From contig CBDCOX010000002.1 of NCBI GenBank assembly GCA_965219995.1, positions 576,001 to 640,000 on the forward strand: a DNA stretch of 64,000 nt, read 5' to 3'. The notes below the pieces were generated by a model. It was not told the origin of the DNA. It did not search any database and saw only the letters and a list, made by a program, of their open reading frames with translations. A program made the translations under genes and the position numbers. Shown piece after piece: positions 38,874 through 50,474 of this stretch; within the stretch, counting starts at the first letter, position 1; each line of letters begins with the position of its first letter. The DNA is from Candidatus Latescibacterota bacterium (lineage in GTDB: Bacteria > Latescibacterota > UBA2968 > GCA-2709665).

Positions 38874-39077
38874 ATGTCTGCAACGGGCGGCCTGTGGATG
38901 ACACCCGGAGAAATCGAACAGTCCCTGGGGCGCCGGAAATCCAGAGAAGTGTTTGAAGACCTCATCTACGACAGGCGCAAGCGACGAGAGATCCTGGACC
39001 TCCTGATCGAGGCCACGGGCTGCAACGAGTTTTCGGCGGAGGATTTCCTCAGGGAGATCGTCAAAACGCGCCAGTAA
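38874..39077 (+). CDS. Small hypothetical protein (67 aa)
   Basis: Strong AGGAGG RBS; TTGACA-17-TATTTT promoter at 38796-38824; helical, charged composition. Confidence 0.65.
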   Translation: MSATGGLWMTPGEIEQSLGRRKSREVFEDLIYDRRKRREILDLLIEATGCNEFSAEDFLREIVKTRQ

Positions 39078-39211
39078 CGCCGGTTCGAACCCCGAGCCGG
39101 CCGGAAGACGCCATCCGATGAAACGAGTGGACGGCTTGCCGTGTTCCGGAATTGTGATCTGTTGCGGTCCGTTCGCGGCCGTGTCGAATTTTTCGGAAGG
39201 GAATAGCGTCC

Positions 39212-40867
39212 GTGCCCGACGTCATGGAATCCGATTATCTGGTCATTGGCAGCGGTATCGCCGGTCTGTCTTTCGCATTGCGGGCGGCGGAGTCCGCCTC
39301 CGTCGCCGTGATCACGAAGAAGGAGTCCCAGGAGTCGAATACCAATTACGCCCAGGGCGGTATTGCCGCCGTCTTCGATTCGGACGATTCCTTCGCCCAC
39401 CACGCTCGGGATACGCTCGCCGCCGGGGCCGGGCTCTGCCGCAGGGACGTGGTGGAACTCGTGGTTGGACAGGGGCCCCGTATGGTCAGGGAACTGATTG
39501 CCTGGGGCGCCGCGTTTACGATGCAGCAGGGCGGCCGCCGCCTGTCGCTCGGACGGGAGGGAGGGCACGCCAGGCACCGCATTGTCCACGCGGCCGACCT
39601 GACTGGCAGGGAAATCGAGAGAGCGCTCACCGAGGCGGTTGAAACCCATCCGAACATCACGCGTTTCGAACACCATATGGCGGTCGATCTGATTACGGAA
39701 CACCACCTCATCGGCGCCAAAACGGAACCGCGCGGGAGGATTCATTGCTGGGGCGCTTACGTCCTGGATGCGGCGTCGGGCCGGGTCAGGCGGTTTCTGG
39801 CGCGGGTCACGCTGCTGTGTTCAGGGGGCGCCGGACAGGTCTACACGCACACCACCAATCCGGGCATCGCAACCGGCGACGGGATCGCCATGGCGTACAG
39901 GGCGGGCGCGCCGGTAGCGAATCTGGAATTCATGCAGTTCCACCCCACCACACTCTACCATCCGGAGGGTGACTCGTTCCTGATTTCCGAGGCGGTGCGC
40001 GGTCACGGGGGCGTGCTGGTTGACCGGAACGGGCGTTCTTTCATGGATGGATATCACGAGATGGGCGCGCTCGCGCCGCGCGACATCGTTGCCAGGGCGA
40101 TCGACAACGAATTGAAGAAGAGCGGAGCACCCTGCGTGTATCTCGACGTCACCCACGTGCCCGACTCCGAGATTCAGGAGCGTTTTCCCAACATCCACCG
40201 GCGGTGTCTCGCGCTCAATATCGATATCACCCGGCATCCCATCCCGGTTGTGCCCGCGGCCCACTATATGTGTGGAGGCGTGTCCACGGACCTGTGGGGG
40301 CGCACGGGGATCGAAGGGCTCTATGCCTCCGGGGAGGTGGCGCACACGGGCCTGCATGGGGCCAATCGCCTCGCCAGCAACTCCCTTCTCGAAGCACTTG
40401 TGTTTTCGGACCGCGCCCATCAACATGCGTCACGGCGCCTGGACAGAGCAACCGGCTTTCCCGATGTGCCGGACTGGCGTGAAGACGACGTGTTCAACGC
40501 CGAGGAGTGGGTGCTGCTGGCCCACGATCGTTTGGAGGTCCGGCGGCTGATGTGGGACTACGTCGGCATTGTGCGTTCCGACTTCAGGCTCAAGCGGGCG
40601 GCGAGGCGCATCGGCGTCATCGCCCGGGAGGTGGAGGATTTTTACAAGCGGACCAAGGTAACGGAAGCGCTTCTGGAGTTGAGAAACATCACGACCGTGG
40701 CCGCGCTCGCGGTTCGCTGCGCGCTGGAGCGGCGCGAGAGCAGGGGGCTCCATTACAACGTGGACCGCCCCGCGGAAGGCTCGGCACCACCGAAAGATAC
40801 GGTTCTGTCCGTCCGCGAGACCTGGCATGCGTCGGAAATCGACTGGCAGGCGGCCATGAATGTCTAG
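39212..40867 (+). CDS. nadB: L-aspartate oxidase
   Basis: GSGIAG, AQGGIA, REGGH, QFHPT, LISEAVRG, HYMCGG, LHGANRLASNSLLE, RESRGLH. Confidence 0.95.
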   Translation: MPDVMESDYLVIGSGIAGLSFALRAAESASVAVITKKESQESNTNYAQGGIAAVFDSDDSFAHHARDTLAAGAGLCRRDVVELVVGQGPRMVRELIAWGAAFTMQQGGRRLSLGREGGHARHRIVHAADLTGREIERALTEAVETHPNITRFEHHMAVDLITEHHLIGAKTEPRGRIHCWGAYVLDAASGRVRRFLARVTLLCSGGAGQVYTHTTNPGIATGDGIAMAYRAGAPVANLEFMQFHPTTLYHPEGDSFLISEAVRGHGGVLVDRNGRSFMDGYHEMGALAPRDIVARAIDNELKKSGAPCVYLDVTHVPDSEIQERFPNIHRRCLALNIDITRHPIPVVPAAHYMCGGVSTDLWGRTGIEGLYASGEVAHTGLHGANRLASNSLLEALVFSDRAHQHASRRLDRATGFPDVPDWREDDVFNAEEWVLLAHDRLEVRRLMWDYVGIVRSDFRLKRAARRIGVIAREVEDFYKRTKVTEALLELRNITTVAALAVRCALERRESRGLHYNVDRPAEGSAPPKDTVLSVRETWHASEIDWQAAMNV

Positions 40868-40948
40868 TGCCCGTCCCGAAAGCATCTCACCGTTCAGCCG
40901 GCAGATCACCGCGACGGAACGTTCCAGCCGGGCCGAAGAGGAGTATGC

Positions 40949-42748
40949 ATGCAAAACGGCATCGCCGTTCTGGATTTCGGGGGGCAATACGCCCATCTGA
41001 TCGCCAATCGGATCCGCCGGTTGCAGGTCTATTCGGAAGTCTTCCGGCCCGACGTGGACACGTCCGCGGTCGACGGGTTCGCGGGTCTGATTCTGTCGGG
41101 GGGCCCCGCCAGTGTCTACGATCCGGACCAGCCGGCGTTCAATTCCGCTCACCTGCGTTCCGGGCTGCCCGTCCTCGGGCTCTGTTACGGCCACCAGTTG
41201 GTCTGCCAGGAACTGGGCGGCGAAGTTGTCCGCGGAAAGATCCGCGAGTACGGTTCGGCGGAACTGCGCATTCGATCAAGCACCGGACTCTTTGCGGGCA
41301 TGACGCCGTCCCAGGTGGTGTGGATGAGCCACGGTGACGCGGCCAGCCGCCTGCCCGAGGGGTTCGAGGTGCTGGGTTCCACGGACGACTGTGCAACGGC
41401 CGCTGTCGGCGACGTTCGGCGAAACCTGTACGGACTGCAATTCCACCCTGAGGTTGCGCACACGGTCCGCGGAATGGATATCCTGGACAATTTCCTGGAT
41501 ATCTGCGCCGCGCCGCGTACCTGGACCATGGCCGGCTACGCGGAAACGGCGATGGGAGAGATTCGGGAACAGGTTGGGCGAAAACGCGTATTTCTGCTGG
41601 TTTCGGGTGGGGTGGACTCGAGTGTGGCTTTCGCGTTGTTCAACCGCGCTCTCGGTCCGGAACGGGTGCTGGGGCTGCATATCAACAACGGTTTCATGAG
41701 GAGGGAAGAGTCCGCCCGCGTGGCCTGCGCGCTGCGGGATGAGGGATTCGAAAACCTGATTGTGGAGGATGCTTCGGAGGATTTTCTGCTCAGTGTTGAG
41801 GGGTTGGTGGAGCCGGAGCAGAAACGGCTGGCCGTTGGCCGGGCCTTTCTCAACGTCAAGGATCGCGTGCTGGACCGGATGGACCTGGATTCGGATGGCT
41901 GGCTGCTGGGGCAGGGAACGCTCTATCCGGATACGATCGAGTCCGGCGGTACGGAACATTCAACGGTGATCAAAACGCACCACAACCGGGTGGACGTGGT
42001 GGAGGAACTGATCGCCCGCGGACTGGTCATTGAGCCGCTGGCGCATCTGTACAAAGACGAGGTGCGCGAACTCGGGGTCGCCCTCGGGCTGTCGCCGTAC
42101 CTGGTCTGGCGCCAGCCATTTCCCGGTCCCGGACTGTCTGTGCGCTGCCTCTGCTCCCGGGGCGACAGCGCCGGTACGCCGAACGCCCGCGTCGAGAAAG
42201 CCGCCCGCGAAATCGCCGCCCGCGCCGGATTCGGGCTTCGCGTCCTCCCGCTCCGGAGCGTGGGCGTCCAGGGAGACTTCCGTACCTATGCGCACCCGGC
42301 GGTTGTCTGGGGAGGTGCGGATTGGGGGACATTGGAGGAAGTATCCACCCGCATCACGAATTCCATCCAGGAGATCAACCGGGTGGTCTATCTGCTGGCG
42401 CCATCGTCGCTTCCCGAACTGAAGCTGAAACGGGCTTTCCTGACGCGGTCCCGCCTGGATCTGCTCCGAGACGTGGATGCGCTCGCGATGGCTGCGCTCG
42501 AGCGCGCGGACCTGTCGAAAACGGTGTCTCAGATGCCCACCGTCCTGTTGCCGCTGACGTCCGACGGCTTCGCGGAAACCGTGGTCTTGAGACCCGTGGA
42601 GACGCCGGACTTCATGACGGCCCGGTTCTGCGCGCTTCCCTTCGATTTCGTACGAAGACTCGCGGGTGAGATTCTGTCTGAAGAAGGTATCGAGGCGGTA
42701 TTTTACGATGTGACGCACAAACCCCCGGGTACGGTCGAGTGGGAGTAG
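40949..42748 (+). CDS. guaA: GMP synthase (glutamine-hydrolysing), long form
   Basis: LDFGGQY, GLCYGHQ, QFHPEV, SGGVDS, QGTLYPDTIES, IKTHHN, RQPFPGPGL, KPPGTVEWE. Confidence 0.95.
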   Translation: MQNGIAVLDFGGQYAHLIANRIRRLQVYSEVFRPDVDTSAVDGFAGLILSGGPASVYDPDQPAFNSAHLRSGLPVLGLCYGHQLVCQELGGEVVRGKIREYGSAELRIRSSTGLFAGMTPSQVVWMSHGDAASRLPEGFEVLGSTDDCATAAVGDVRRNLYGLQFHPEVAHTVRGMDILDNFLDICAAPRTWTMAGYAETAMGEIREQVGRKRVFLLVSGGVDSSVAFALFNRALGPERVLGLHINNGFMRREESARVACALRDEGFENLIVEDASEDFLLSVEGLVEPEQKRLAVGRAFLNVKDRVLDRMDLDSDGWLLGQGTLYPDTIESGGTEHSTVIKTHHNRVDVVEELIARGLVIEPLAHLYKDEVRELGVALGLSPYLVWRQPFPGPGLSVRCLCSRGDSAGTPNARVEKAAREIAARAGFGLRVLPLRSVGVQGDFRTYAHPAVVWGGADWGTLEEVSTRITNSIQEINRVVYLLAPSSLPELKLKRAFLTRSRLDLLRDVDALAMAALERADLSKTVSQMPTVLLPLTSDGFAETVVLRPVETPDFMTARFCALPFDFVRRLAGEILSEEGIEAVFYDVTHKPPGTVEWE

Positions 42749-42851
42749 AAACGAAATCCCGCAGCGACGGTCCCCGGACGACGTATCCAACTGTCGCCGC
42801 GTCCGGGTCTGTTGCGGGGCGGCAGTTCAATCCGACGTGGAGGAGGAAACC

Positions 42852-43289
42852 ATGCACGAGGTGAATTATCTTGCTGTGTTGATTGCCGGTATCGTCCCGA
42901 TGGTTGTCGGCGCCATCTGGTACGGGCCGTTGTTCGGAAAGCGCTGGCTCGTATACATGGAGACCACCGAAGAGGAGATACGCAGGGATTTCAATCCCCT
43001 GAAGACGTACGGGGCGAGTTTTGTGCTTGCGTTGCTCACCGCGTTCATTCTGGCACAGCTGATCGCCGGCATGGGCGGTCCGAAGGACGTATCCTCTCTC
43101 CCGGGGAGCGGGGGCGATTCAATGGTCGGGGTCCACATGGCGCTGATGGCGCTGATCGCCTTCGTGCTCCCGGTCGCCTACCAGTCGGTGGCCTTCGAGG
43201 GGCGGAAGGCGGGTCTGTTCTGGCTCAGCCTGGGATACAACGGAGTGGCGCTGATCGGGCAGGGCATCGTAATTGCGCTCTGGCGGTGA
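42852..43289 (+). CDS. DUF1761 family membrane protein
   Basis: VNYLAVL.A....VGAIWYGPLFGKRW; 4 TM helices; GGAGG RBS. Confidence 0.8.
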   Translation: MHEVNYLAVLIAGIVPMVVGAIWYGPLFGKRWLVYMETTEEEIRRDFNPLKTYGASFVLALLTAFILAQLIAGMGGPKDVSSLPGSGGDSMVGVHMALMALIAFVLPVAYQSVAFEGRKAGLFWLSLGYNGVALIGQGIVIALWR

Positions 43290-43337
43290 CGCGCGTGGCC
43301 GCGTACGCGCCATTCCGGAATTCGGATCTGCAAACGG

Positions 43338-44027
43338 TCAGTCGGAGGCGACGGCCGTTTTTTCGTCCATAGCGAGGCCGTCCAGGGTATAGCGTTCGAC
43401 CGGGACGGACTGTTGAACAAGCCTGTGGCGGGCGGCAAATGCGGATTTGACCCGTGAACCGAGGAGAACGCAGATGAAGAACACGGCCCCACCGGCGAGC
43501 ATGAGGTGGGTGAGATTCAGGAGGTTTCCGATCAGAACAAAGAGCAGGTACCGGGGAAATCGTCCGAAGAACACGGCGACCACGTATCGATGGAGCGGAT
43601 AGCCGCTGGCGGGACTGAGGATCCGGAAAATGTAGAACGGGATGAACGGGACCAGCGCCGCGAACCAGATCGCAAAGAAGGGCGCTTTCAAGAAATAATA
43701 CACCGCGCCTTTGTAGACGTCGCTCTCGCGGGTCCGCCTGATCCTGGCGTTGCGAAACGCGAAGTTAACGGCCCGGTAATCCACGAAGCATGCGATCATC
43801 GTTCCGGCGACGGCGGCAAGAGCGGCCACTGCGGGATGGTATGAACGGCCGAAATAAACCAGCGCGGGTTCGTGCGGGAACGGAATGAACGAGTTGGAGG
43901 GAATGCTGTAGAAGAAGAGAAGCGAAAGGTCGCGATAGTCCGGCAACAGGAACCCGGCAACGCCCGCTGCTGAAAACACACCGGCCGCCGCGCAGAGAAA
44001 CCGTTTCCAGCCTTTGCTCATCTCCAT
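43338..44027 (-). CDS. VTT/DedA (SNARE-associated) family membrane protein
   Basis: PFPHEP re-entrant motif, PFIPF, FFGRFPRY. Confidence 0.7.
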   Translation of the reverse strand: MEMSKGWKRFLCAAAGVFSAAGVAGFLLPDYRDLSLLFFYSIPSNSFIPFPHEPALVYFGRSYHPAVAALAAVAGTMIACFVDYRAVNFAFRNARIRRTRESDVYKGAVYYFLKAPFFAIWFAALVPFIPFYIFRILSPASGYPLHRYVVAVFFGRFPRYLLFVLIGNLLNLTHLMLAGGAVFFICVLLGSRVKSAFAARHRLVQQSVPVERYTLDGLAMDEKTAVASD

Positions 44028-44068
44028 TACCGGAAAACCCCTGTTTCGGTGGGAAGTTCTTTCGCGAA

Positions 44069-44114
44069 AATATAAGTGAAGCTTTTAATTTTGTCAACTC
44101 ATTTTCAGTTGACA
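44069..44114 (-). promoter_or_regulatory. Sigma70 promoter with an overlapping inverted-repeat operator
   Basis: Minus-strand TTGACA (44097-44092), 17 nt, TATATT (44074-44069); perfect inverted repeat TGTCAACT-N7-AGTTGACA at 44092-44114. Confidence 0.6.
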
Positions 44115-44171
44115 TTCTGGAATTCGCCCCACTTCAGTTTTTGAAATGTTTCCTTGCAGCGGATAGGTTTT

Positions 44172-45524
44172 CTAAAACGTGCTCTCCGACGTTGTTCCCG
44201 GACACCAGCGGGCCGTGGCCAACGCCGGGATGAGGGCATTCAACGCCGCGGGCGTGCCGATGCGTCTGAGCGCTTCGGCCGCGTTGCCCCGTGCGTAACG
44301 GTTGCCGTCCGCCAGCCCGTCACGCAGTTCGGGAACGGCGGATTCGGCCGCCGGTCCCAGTTTCGCCAGGGCGAGTGCGGCTGTGCGGCGCACGTCCCCG
44401 TCGGTATCCTTCATCTGTTTCTTCAATCCTGAGACCGCCGCCGGTTCCGCACGGGCGATATTTCCGAGGGCTTCCGCGGACCAACGGCGGATCTCGGCGT
44501 CTTCGTGTCTGAGCGTTTCGACCAGACACGGGACGGCCGCCTCGGCGCCCCTGCCGATATCCGCCAGGAGCTCAACCGCCATGGCCGTGTCTCGGCCAAG
44601 CCCGTCGATGATGCTCGGCACCGCGGACGCGCCTACGGCGCTGAGGGCATAGGCCGCGTTGCGCCGAACGGATTCGGACCCGCCGACCACACGTTTCATG
44701 AGGGTGGGAACAGCAGTTTCTCCCGTCGCGGCGAGGCGATAGGCGGCATTCAGTGCGGTGTCTTCGTCGGCGTGCTCCAGGTCCCGTGCGAGATCGTCGA
44801 TCGGCGTGTTGCCGCCGTTTGCGGACGAACGTCCCCTATGCCACTGCCACAGGTGGTCCCAGAGCGGCGTTCGTATCTCCGCGTCGTCCCAGGCTGCCGG
44901 CCCCGGTTGTCCCGACGGAGCATGCTTCCAGCTTGCCTCATCGGGTTCCTGCATCCGTGCGAACAGGAACTTCATCATATAGCGAGACCGTTCGGTGGAA
45001 TTGGGCATGGCGCGGTGCCACAGGTCGTAATGGACGATTGTAACGTCGCCGGCATCTCCGCAAAGCGCCAGTTCTCTTCCGTCTTCCGCGTCATACGTAT
45101 TGTTGAAGTGACTTCCCGGCACGACGCCGGTCGGCCCGAGGCGCAATGGCGTGGGCTGGGGATAATAGAAGGCCATGGCCCATCGCGTGTGGTGGTGACG
45201 CCGGTTCCAGCCGTCCATGTGCATACGCTGACCGGTGCTTCCCGGCGGGTTGCAATGGCAGTGGCGGTGAGGATGCATGTAATAGTCAGCGCCAAGCAGT
45301 CCGGTAAGTGCGCCTGCCACGTTGGGATCGTCGAAGACCCGCCTGATTTCCGGCAGCCGAGGCAGAAGGTTGTTCCCGGGATTGCCCTCTTTCTCGAATA
45401 TGGCATCGGTACGTTCGTAGACGTCACGATGGAATTCCGGCGGAAGCGCCGTCTTGACGGTAATGAACCCGTTGACGACGTAGAACCGCATCTGTTCGTC
45501 CGTAAGGAGCTTGACGTCAGACAT
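44172..45524 (-). CDS. PhyH-family dioxygenase fused to C-terminal HEAT repeats
   Basis: HMDG (HxD), GPTGVVPGSH, HYDLWHRA; VRRNAAYAL, IRRWSAEALG, VRRTAALAL, ARGNAAEAL repeats. Confidence 0.88.
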   Translation of the reverse strand: MSDVKLLTDEQMRFYVVNGFITVKTALPPEFHRDVYERTDAIFEKEGNPGNNLLPRLPEIRRVFDDPNVAGALTGLLGADYYMHPHRHCHCNPPGSTGQRMHMDGWNRRHHHTRWAMAFYYPQPTPLRLGPTGVVPGSHFNNTYDAEDGRELALCGDAGDVTIVHYDLWHRAMPNSTERSRYMMKFLFARMQEPDEASWKHAPSGQPGPAAWDDAEIRTPLWDHLWQWHRGRSSANGGNTPIDDLARDLEHADEDTALNAAYRLAATGETAVPTLMKRVVGGSESVRRNAAYALSAVGASAVPSIIDGLGRDTAMAVELLADIGRGAEAAVPCLVETLRHEDAEIRRWSAEALGNIARAEPAAVSGLKKQMKDTDGDVRRTAALALAKLGPAAESAVPELRDGLADGNRYARGNAAEALRRIGTPAALNALIPALATARWCPGTTSESTF

Positions 45525-45538
45525 GGGAGAACCTCCGA

Positions 45539-46726
<1,188 letters not shown>

Positions 46727-46791
46727 TTTGCGTGTCCCTTTCCGGGAATCCGGGATTCCGCGCAGCCCGGCCCGAACCTGAAGAAATAAAG

Positions 46792-46822
46792 AAACAGGGG
46801 GCGTTGATCCGTCCCCCTGTTT
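46792..46822 (-). terminator. Intrinsic terminator downstream of glnA
   Basis: AAACAGGGGGCG-ttgatc-CGTCCCCCTGTTT hairpin followed on the minus strand by a U-rich tract (CTTTATTTCTT). Confidence 0.65.
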
Positions 46823-46852
46823 GCGAACCGCGTTTTTTCCAGGCGTATGGGT

Positions 46853-48271
46853 TTACGCGTCGAAATACAGCGCGAATTCATAAGGATGCGGCCTCAATCG
46901 CATCTCGTCGATCTCGTTCTTTCGCTTGTAGTCGATCCAGTGGTCGACCACGTCCTGGGTGAAGACGTTGCCCTTGAGGAGGAATTCGTGATCGGCCTCG
47001 AGCGCGTTGATGGCTTCTTCCAGCGATCCGGGGGTCTGAGGGACGCTGGCCAGTTCTTCCGGTTCCAGTTCGTAGAGGTCCTTGTCCAGGGGTTCACCCG
47101 GATCGATCTGGTTCTCGATCCCGTCCAGGCCGGCCATGAGCATGGCGGCAAAGGCCAGGTACGGATTGCATGACGGGTCGGGGCAGCGGAACTCGATCCG
47201 CTTGGCCCTCGGGCTGGGCGAATACATCGGGATCCGGATGCAGGCGCTGCGGTTGCGCCGGGAATAGGCCAGGTTTACCGGGGCCTCGTATCCGGGCACC
47301 AGGCGTTTGTAGGAGTTGGTGGTGGGCGCGACGAAAGCCAGCAGCGCGTGCGCGTGCTTGAGGATTCCGCCGGCATAGTGCAGCGCCATGTCGCTCAGAC
47401 CGGCGTACTCGGAACCCGCGAAGAGGGGTTCGCCGTTTTTCCACAGGCTCTGGTGTACGTGCATTCCCGTACCGTTGTCTTCGAAAAGTGGCTTGGGCAT
47501 GAAGGTAGCGGTCTTGCCGTGTTTCCTTGCGGTGTTTTTTACGATATACTTGTAGAGAATCAGCTGATCGGCGCACGCCAGCATCGGCGCGAACCGGAAG
47601 TCGATTTCTCCCTGGCCGCCGGTCGCCACCTCGTGATGGTGGGCTTCGACATTGATTCCGCAGTTGAGCATATGCAGGACCATCTCACTCCGGATATCCT
47701 GGAGGCTGTCGGTGGGCGGCACCGGGAAATACCCCTCCTTGTAGCGGGGCTTGTAACCCAGGTTCGGCTGCTCGTCGCGGCCGGTGTTCCAGCGGCCTTC
47801 AATCGAATCGACGTAATAATAACCCGAACTATTCGTCTGGTCGAAGCGGATATCGTCGAAAACGAAGAACTCCGCCTCCGGGCCGAACGTGGCCTCGTCG
47901 GCGATCCCCGAGGATTTGAGATAATTTTCGGCCTTTCGCGCGACGGTTCTCGGGTCCCGGGTATAAAGGTCTCTCGTGATCGGGTCTTCGATTTCGCAGA
48001 ACAAGACGAGCGTGGAAACCTCGAGGAAGGGATCGACAAACGCCGTATCCGCGTCGGGCATCACGAGCAGGTCGCTCTCGTCGATGGATTGCCAGCCGCG
48101 CATGCTGGACCCGTCGAAGCCGAGTCCGTCTTCGAAGGTGTCCGCTTCGACCTCGTTCGCGGGCACGGAAAAGTGCTGCCAGAGACCCGGATAGTCCGTA
48201 AACCGGAAATCCACGATCTTTACGTCATTATCCTTGATCATATCAAGGACGTCTTGAGGCGTTTTGCCCAT
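46853..48271 (-). CDS. glnA: Glutamine synthetase type I
   Basis: FDGSS, GPEAEFF, HHEVA, ATFMPKP...[33 protein letters not shown] adenylylation-site loop. Confidence 0.97.
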   Translation of the reverse strand: MGKTPQDVLDMIKDNDVKIVDFRFTDYPGLWQHFSVPANEVEADTFEDGLGFDGSSMRGWQSIDESDLLVMPDADTAFVDPFLEVSTLVLFCEIEDPITRDLYTRDPRTVARKAENYLKSSGIADEATFGPEAEFFVFDDIRFDQTNSSGYYYVDSIEGRWNTGRDEQPNLGYKPRYKEGYFPVPPTDSLQDIRSEMVLHMLNCGINVEAHHHEVATGGQGEIDFRFAPMLACADQLILYKYIVKNTARKHGKTATFMPKPLFEDNGTGMHVHQSLWKNGEPLFAGSEYAGLSDMALHYAGGILKHAHALLAFVAPTTNSYKRLVPGYEAPVNLAYSRRNRSACIRIPMYSPSPRAKRIEFRCPDPSCNPYLAFAAMLMAGLDGIENQIDPGEPLDKDLYELEPEELASVPQTPGSLEEAINALEADHEFLLKGNVFTQDVVDHWIDYKRKNEIDEMRLRPHPYEFALYFDA

Positions 48272-48507
48272 GCTGCCGCTCCTTTCGGGTGTGGGTCGTT
48301 GAATGTCTCCACAAGTGTCAAAACGGATTTCGAATGGCGCAAATATACGGGCGATATGTTTCGGATAGATTTCAAATAGGTTAAATATATATTAATAGCG
48401 TTGTCGGTCCGCAAGGGCGCGTACCTGCGAACGGTGCGATATCATCGTTGTTTCAATACCGGCACGGAGGCGGGGATCACGGCCGCCCCGGTTATGCGGC
48501 AAAGGGC

Positions 48508-48536
48508 TTGACAATGCAATTGCGTTCGCTTATCAT
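48508..48536 (+). promoter_or_regulatory. Sigma70 promoter of the hrcA-grpE-dnaJ operon
   Basis: TTGACA (48508-48513), 17 nt, TATCAT (48531-48536). Confidence 0.65.
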
Positions 48537-48790
48537 TTCTGGGTAGTTCCGGACTGCCGGTTTCGAAGCTCGAAACTGCCCCCCCATCGGGGTGGCGTTG
48601 TCGCATGGCATTCAATGAACGACGCCTTTCAAGTTGTCCTTTCTCCCCCGGAAGAAGCCGTCTGAAGACGCGGGCTGATCGTTTGTCACTCACCACGCAT
48701 CTCCTCCGGCCCCGCGGTCATTTGCTGACGCCTTGTGTTCTGTCCCGGTATCCATTTGCAGGACGGGACACGCAAAAAGGGGTGGGTCGT

Positions 48791-49822
48791 ATGTTCCAGT
48801 TACAGCAGCGGGAAGCAGCCATACTGAATATCCTCATCAGTACCCATGTCAATACCGGCGAGCCGGTCGGTTCGCGCGCCATCGCCAGGTCGGGGCTGGG
48901 TCTCAGTCCCGCCACGGTGCGCAACTCGATGGCCGATCTGGAGGAGAAGGGCCTGCTGACCCATCCGCACACGTCGGCCGGTCGCGTGCCTACCGATAAG
49001 GGCTACCGCTATTACGTCGACAGGGTGATGCCCAGACAGACGCTTGAGGAGGAGGAACGCGAACAGATCCGCGAGCGGGTACGGGCATACGTACGGGAGG
49101 GCGACGTCGAGGTTCTGCTTGAGCAGATGTCGAGACTGATCGCCGATCTTTCGATGAATCTCGGAATGGTACTCTCGCCCAGGTTCGAGCAGGGGGTATT
49201 CGACAGGCTGGAAATGGTCCATCTGTCGGAGGGCAGGCTGCTGCTGGTGCTTGCAATCAAATCGGGCCTTGTGAAGACAATGGTCATGGAGGTGGACTCG
49301 GCGATCACGCCCGGCGAACTCGACGAGACGTCACGGGCGGTGAACGAACGCCTTTCCGGGCTCAGCGTGGCGGACATCAGGGATTCTGTCGCCGAGCGGC
49401 TCCGTGAGGTCTCGAGCGGGTCTCCCAGACTGCTTCGTGTGCTGTGCGACAGCGCGTCCAACCTCTTCCGGTTCCAGAGCGGCACGGACCTGCATTTCGG
49501 CGGGGCCGGCAACTTTATCATGCAGCCGGAATTCAACCGAAAGCAAAACGACCTGGCCGCCCTCATGGAATTGCTGGAAGCCCGGGAACCGATGATTACC
49601 ATCCTGGACGAACGGACCGAACGGGACGGGATTTCCGTCACGATCGGCACGGAAAACGGTCCGCCGCAACTTCGGGGCTGCAGCGTGCTGACGTCGCGAT
49701 ACCGGGTTGGCGCCATTTCCGGGGTAATCGGGTTGATCGGCCCGACCCGGATTCCGTACGCAAGGCTGATTCCATTAACCCGTTACATGGCGGCGCTGGC
49801 CGAGGAAATGCTGGATCATTAG
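48791..49822 (+). CDS. hrcA: Heat-inducible transcriptional repressor
   Basis: GEPVGSR, SPATVRNSMADLEE.G, HTSAGRVPTDKGYRYYVD, IGPTRIPY. Confidence 0.95.
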   Translation: MFQLQQREAAILNILISTHVNTGEPVGSRAIARSGLGLSPATVRNSMADLEEKGLLTHPHTSAGRVPTDKGYRYYVDRVMPRQTLEEEEREQIRERVRAYVREGDVEVLLEQMSRLIADLSMNLGMVLSPRFEQGVFDRLEMVHLSEGRLLLVLAIKSGLVKTMVMEVDSAITPGELDETSRAVNERLSGLSVADIRDSVAERLREVSSGSPRLLRVLCDSASNLFRFQSGTDLHFGGAGNFIMQPEFNRKQNDLAALMELLEAREPMITILDERTERDGISVTIGTENGPPQLRGCSVLTSRYRVGAISGVIGLIGPTRIPYARLIPLTRYMAALAEEMLDH

Positions 49823-49843
49823 CAGGAGGACAACCACGCACAT

Positions 49844-50461
49844 ATGGCGGAATCTGACGAAGTCAACGGCAAGGAAGGCTGCGAGGAAACCAGCGAAGCG
49901 GAAGTTCGCGAGGACGGGGAAGCGTCCGGGGAAGAAGACGCGCCGGACCCGCTCGAGGAAGCGCTCCGGGAGTCTGAAGAGTACAGGGATCGGTGGATGC
50001 GGCTGGCGGCGGAGTTCGAGAATTACAAGAAACGGAGGTCGAGGGAATTCGATGCCCTGGTTCATTCGGCCAGCGAAAACCTCATTCGGGAACTGCTGCC
50101 GGTCCTCGACTCGGTTGCGCGAGCGCTGGAACACCGCGACGACGGCGAGGAAGAGTCCGACGGTTTCAAACAGGGCGTCACCATGATCATGGAGCAATTT
50201 CCCAAGGTCCTCGAGCGCCGGGGCCTTTCCGAGATCGACGCTCTTGGCCGGCCGTTCGACCCCAACTATCATGAAGCGTTGATGCAGATGTCTTCAGACG
50301 AACACGCGGAGGGGCTGGTGATGGGCGTGGTGGATCGGGGGTACCGCCTGGGAGACAAGGTGATCCGGCCTGCAAAGGTCGTTGTGAGCGGCGGGAGTGC
50401 GGCAAAGGAACCCGATAGCGAAGAAGACGCCGGGAAAGAGTCTGAAGCGCGGGAATCCTGA
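49844..50461 (+). CDS. grpE: Nucleotide exchange factor GrpE
   Basis: [42 protein letters not shown]. Confidence 0.95.
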   Translation: MAESDEVNGKEGCEETSEAEVREDGEASGEEDAPDPLEEALRESEEYRDRWMRLAAEFENYKKRRSREFDALVHSASENLIRELLPVLDSVARALEHRDDGEEESDGFKQGVTMIMEQFPKVLERRGLSEIDALGRPFDPNYHEALMQMSSDEHAEGLVMGVVDRGYRLGDKVIRPAKVVVSGGSAAKEPDSEEDAGKESEARES

Positions 50462-50474
50462 GCAGGAACGGAAA

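Noticed and set aside
48330-48400. Bacteroidota-type promoter (TATATTTG) or nitrogen-regulator box upstream of glnA
   Set aside because: The -7-like octamer is present on the minus strand, but the spacing to TTTG is off and no clear GlnR, NtrC or sigma54 consensus could be supported.
48540-48790. CIRCE operator
   Set aside because: Only a degenerate half-site (TTGTCACTC) with no matching arm 9 nt downstream.
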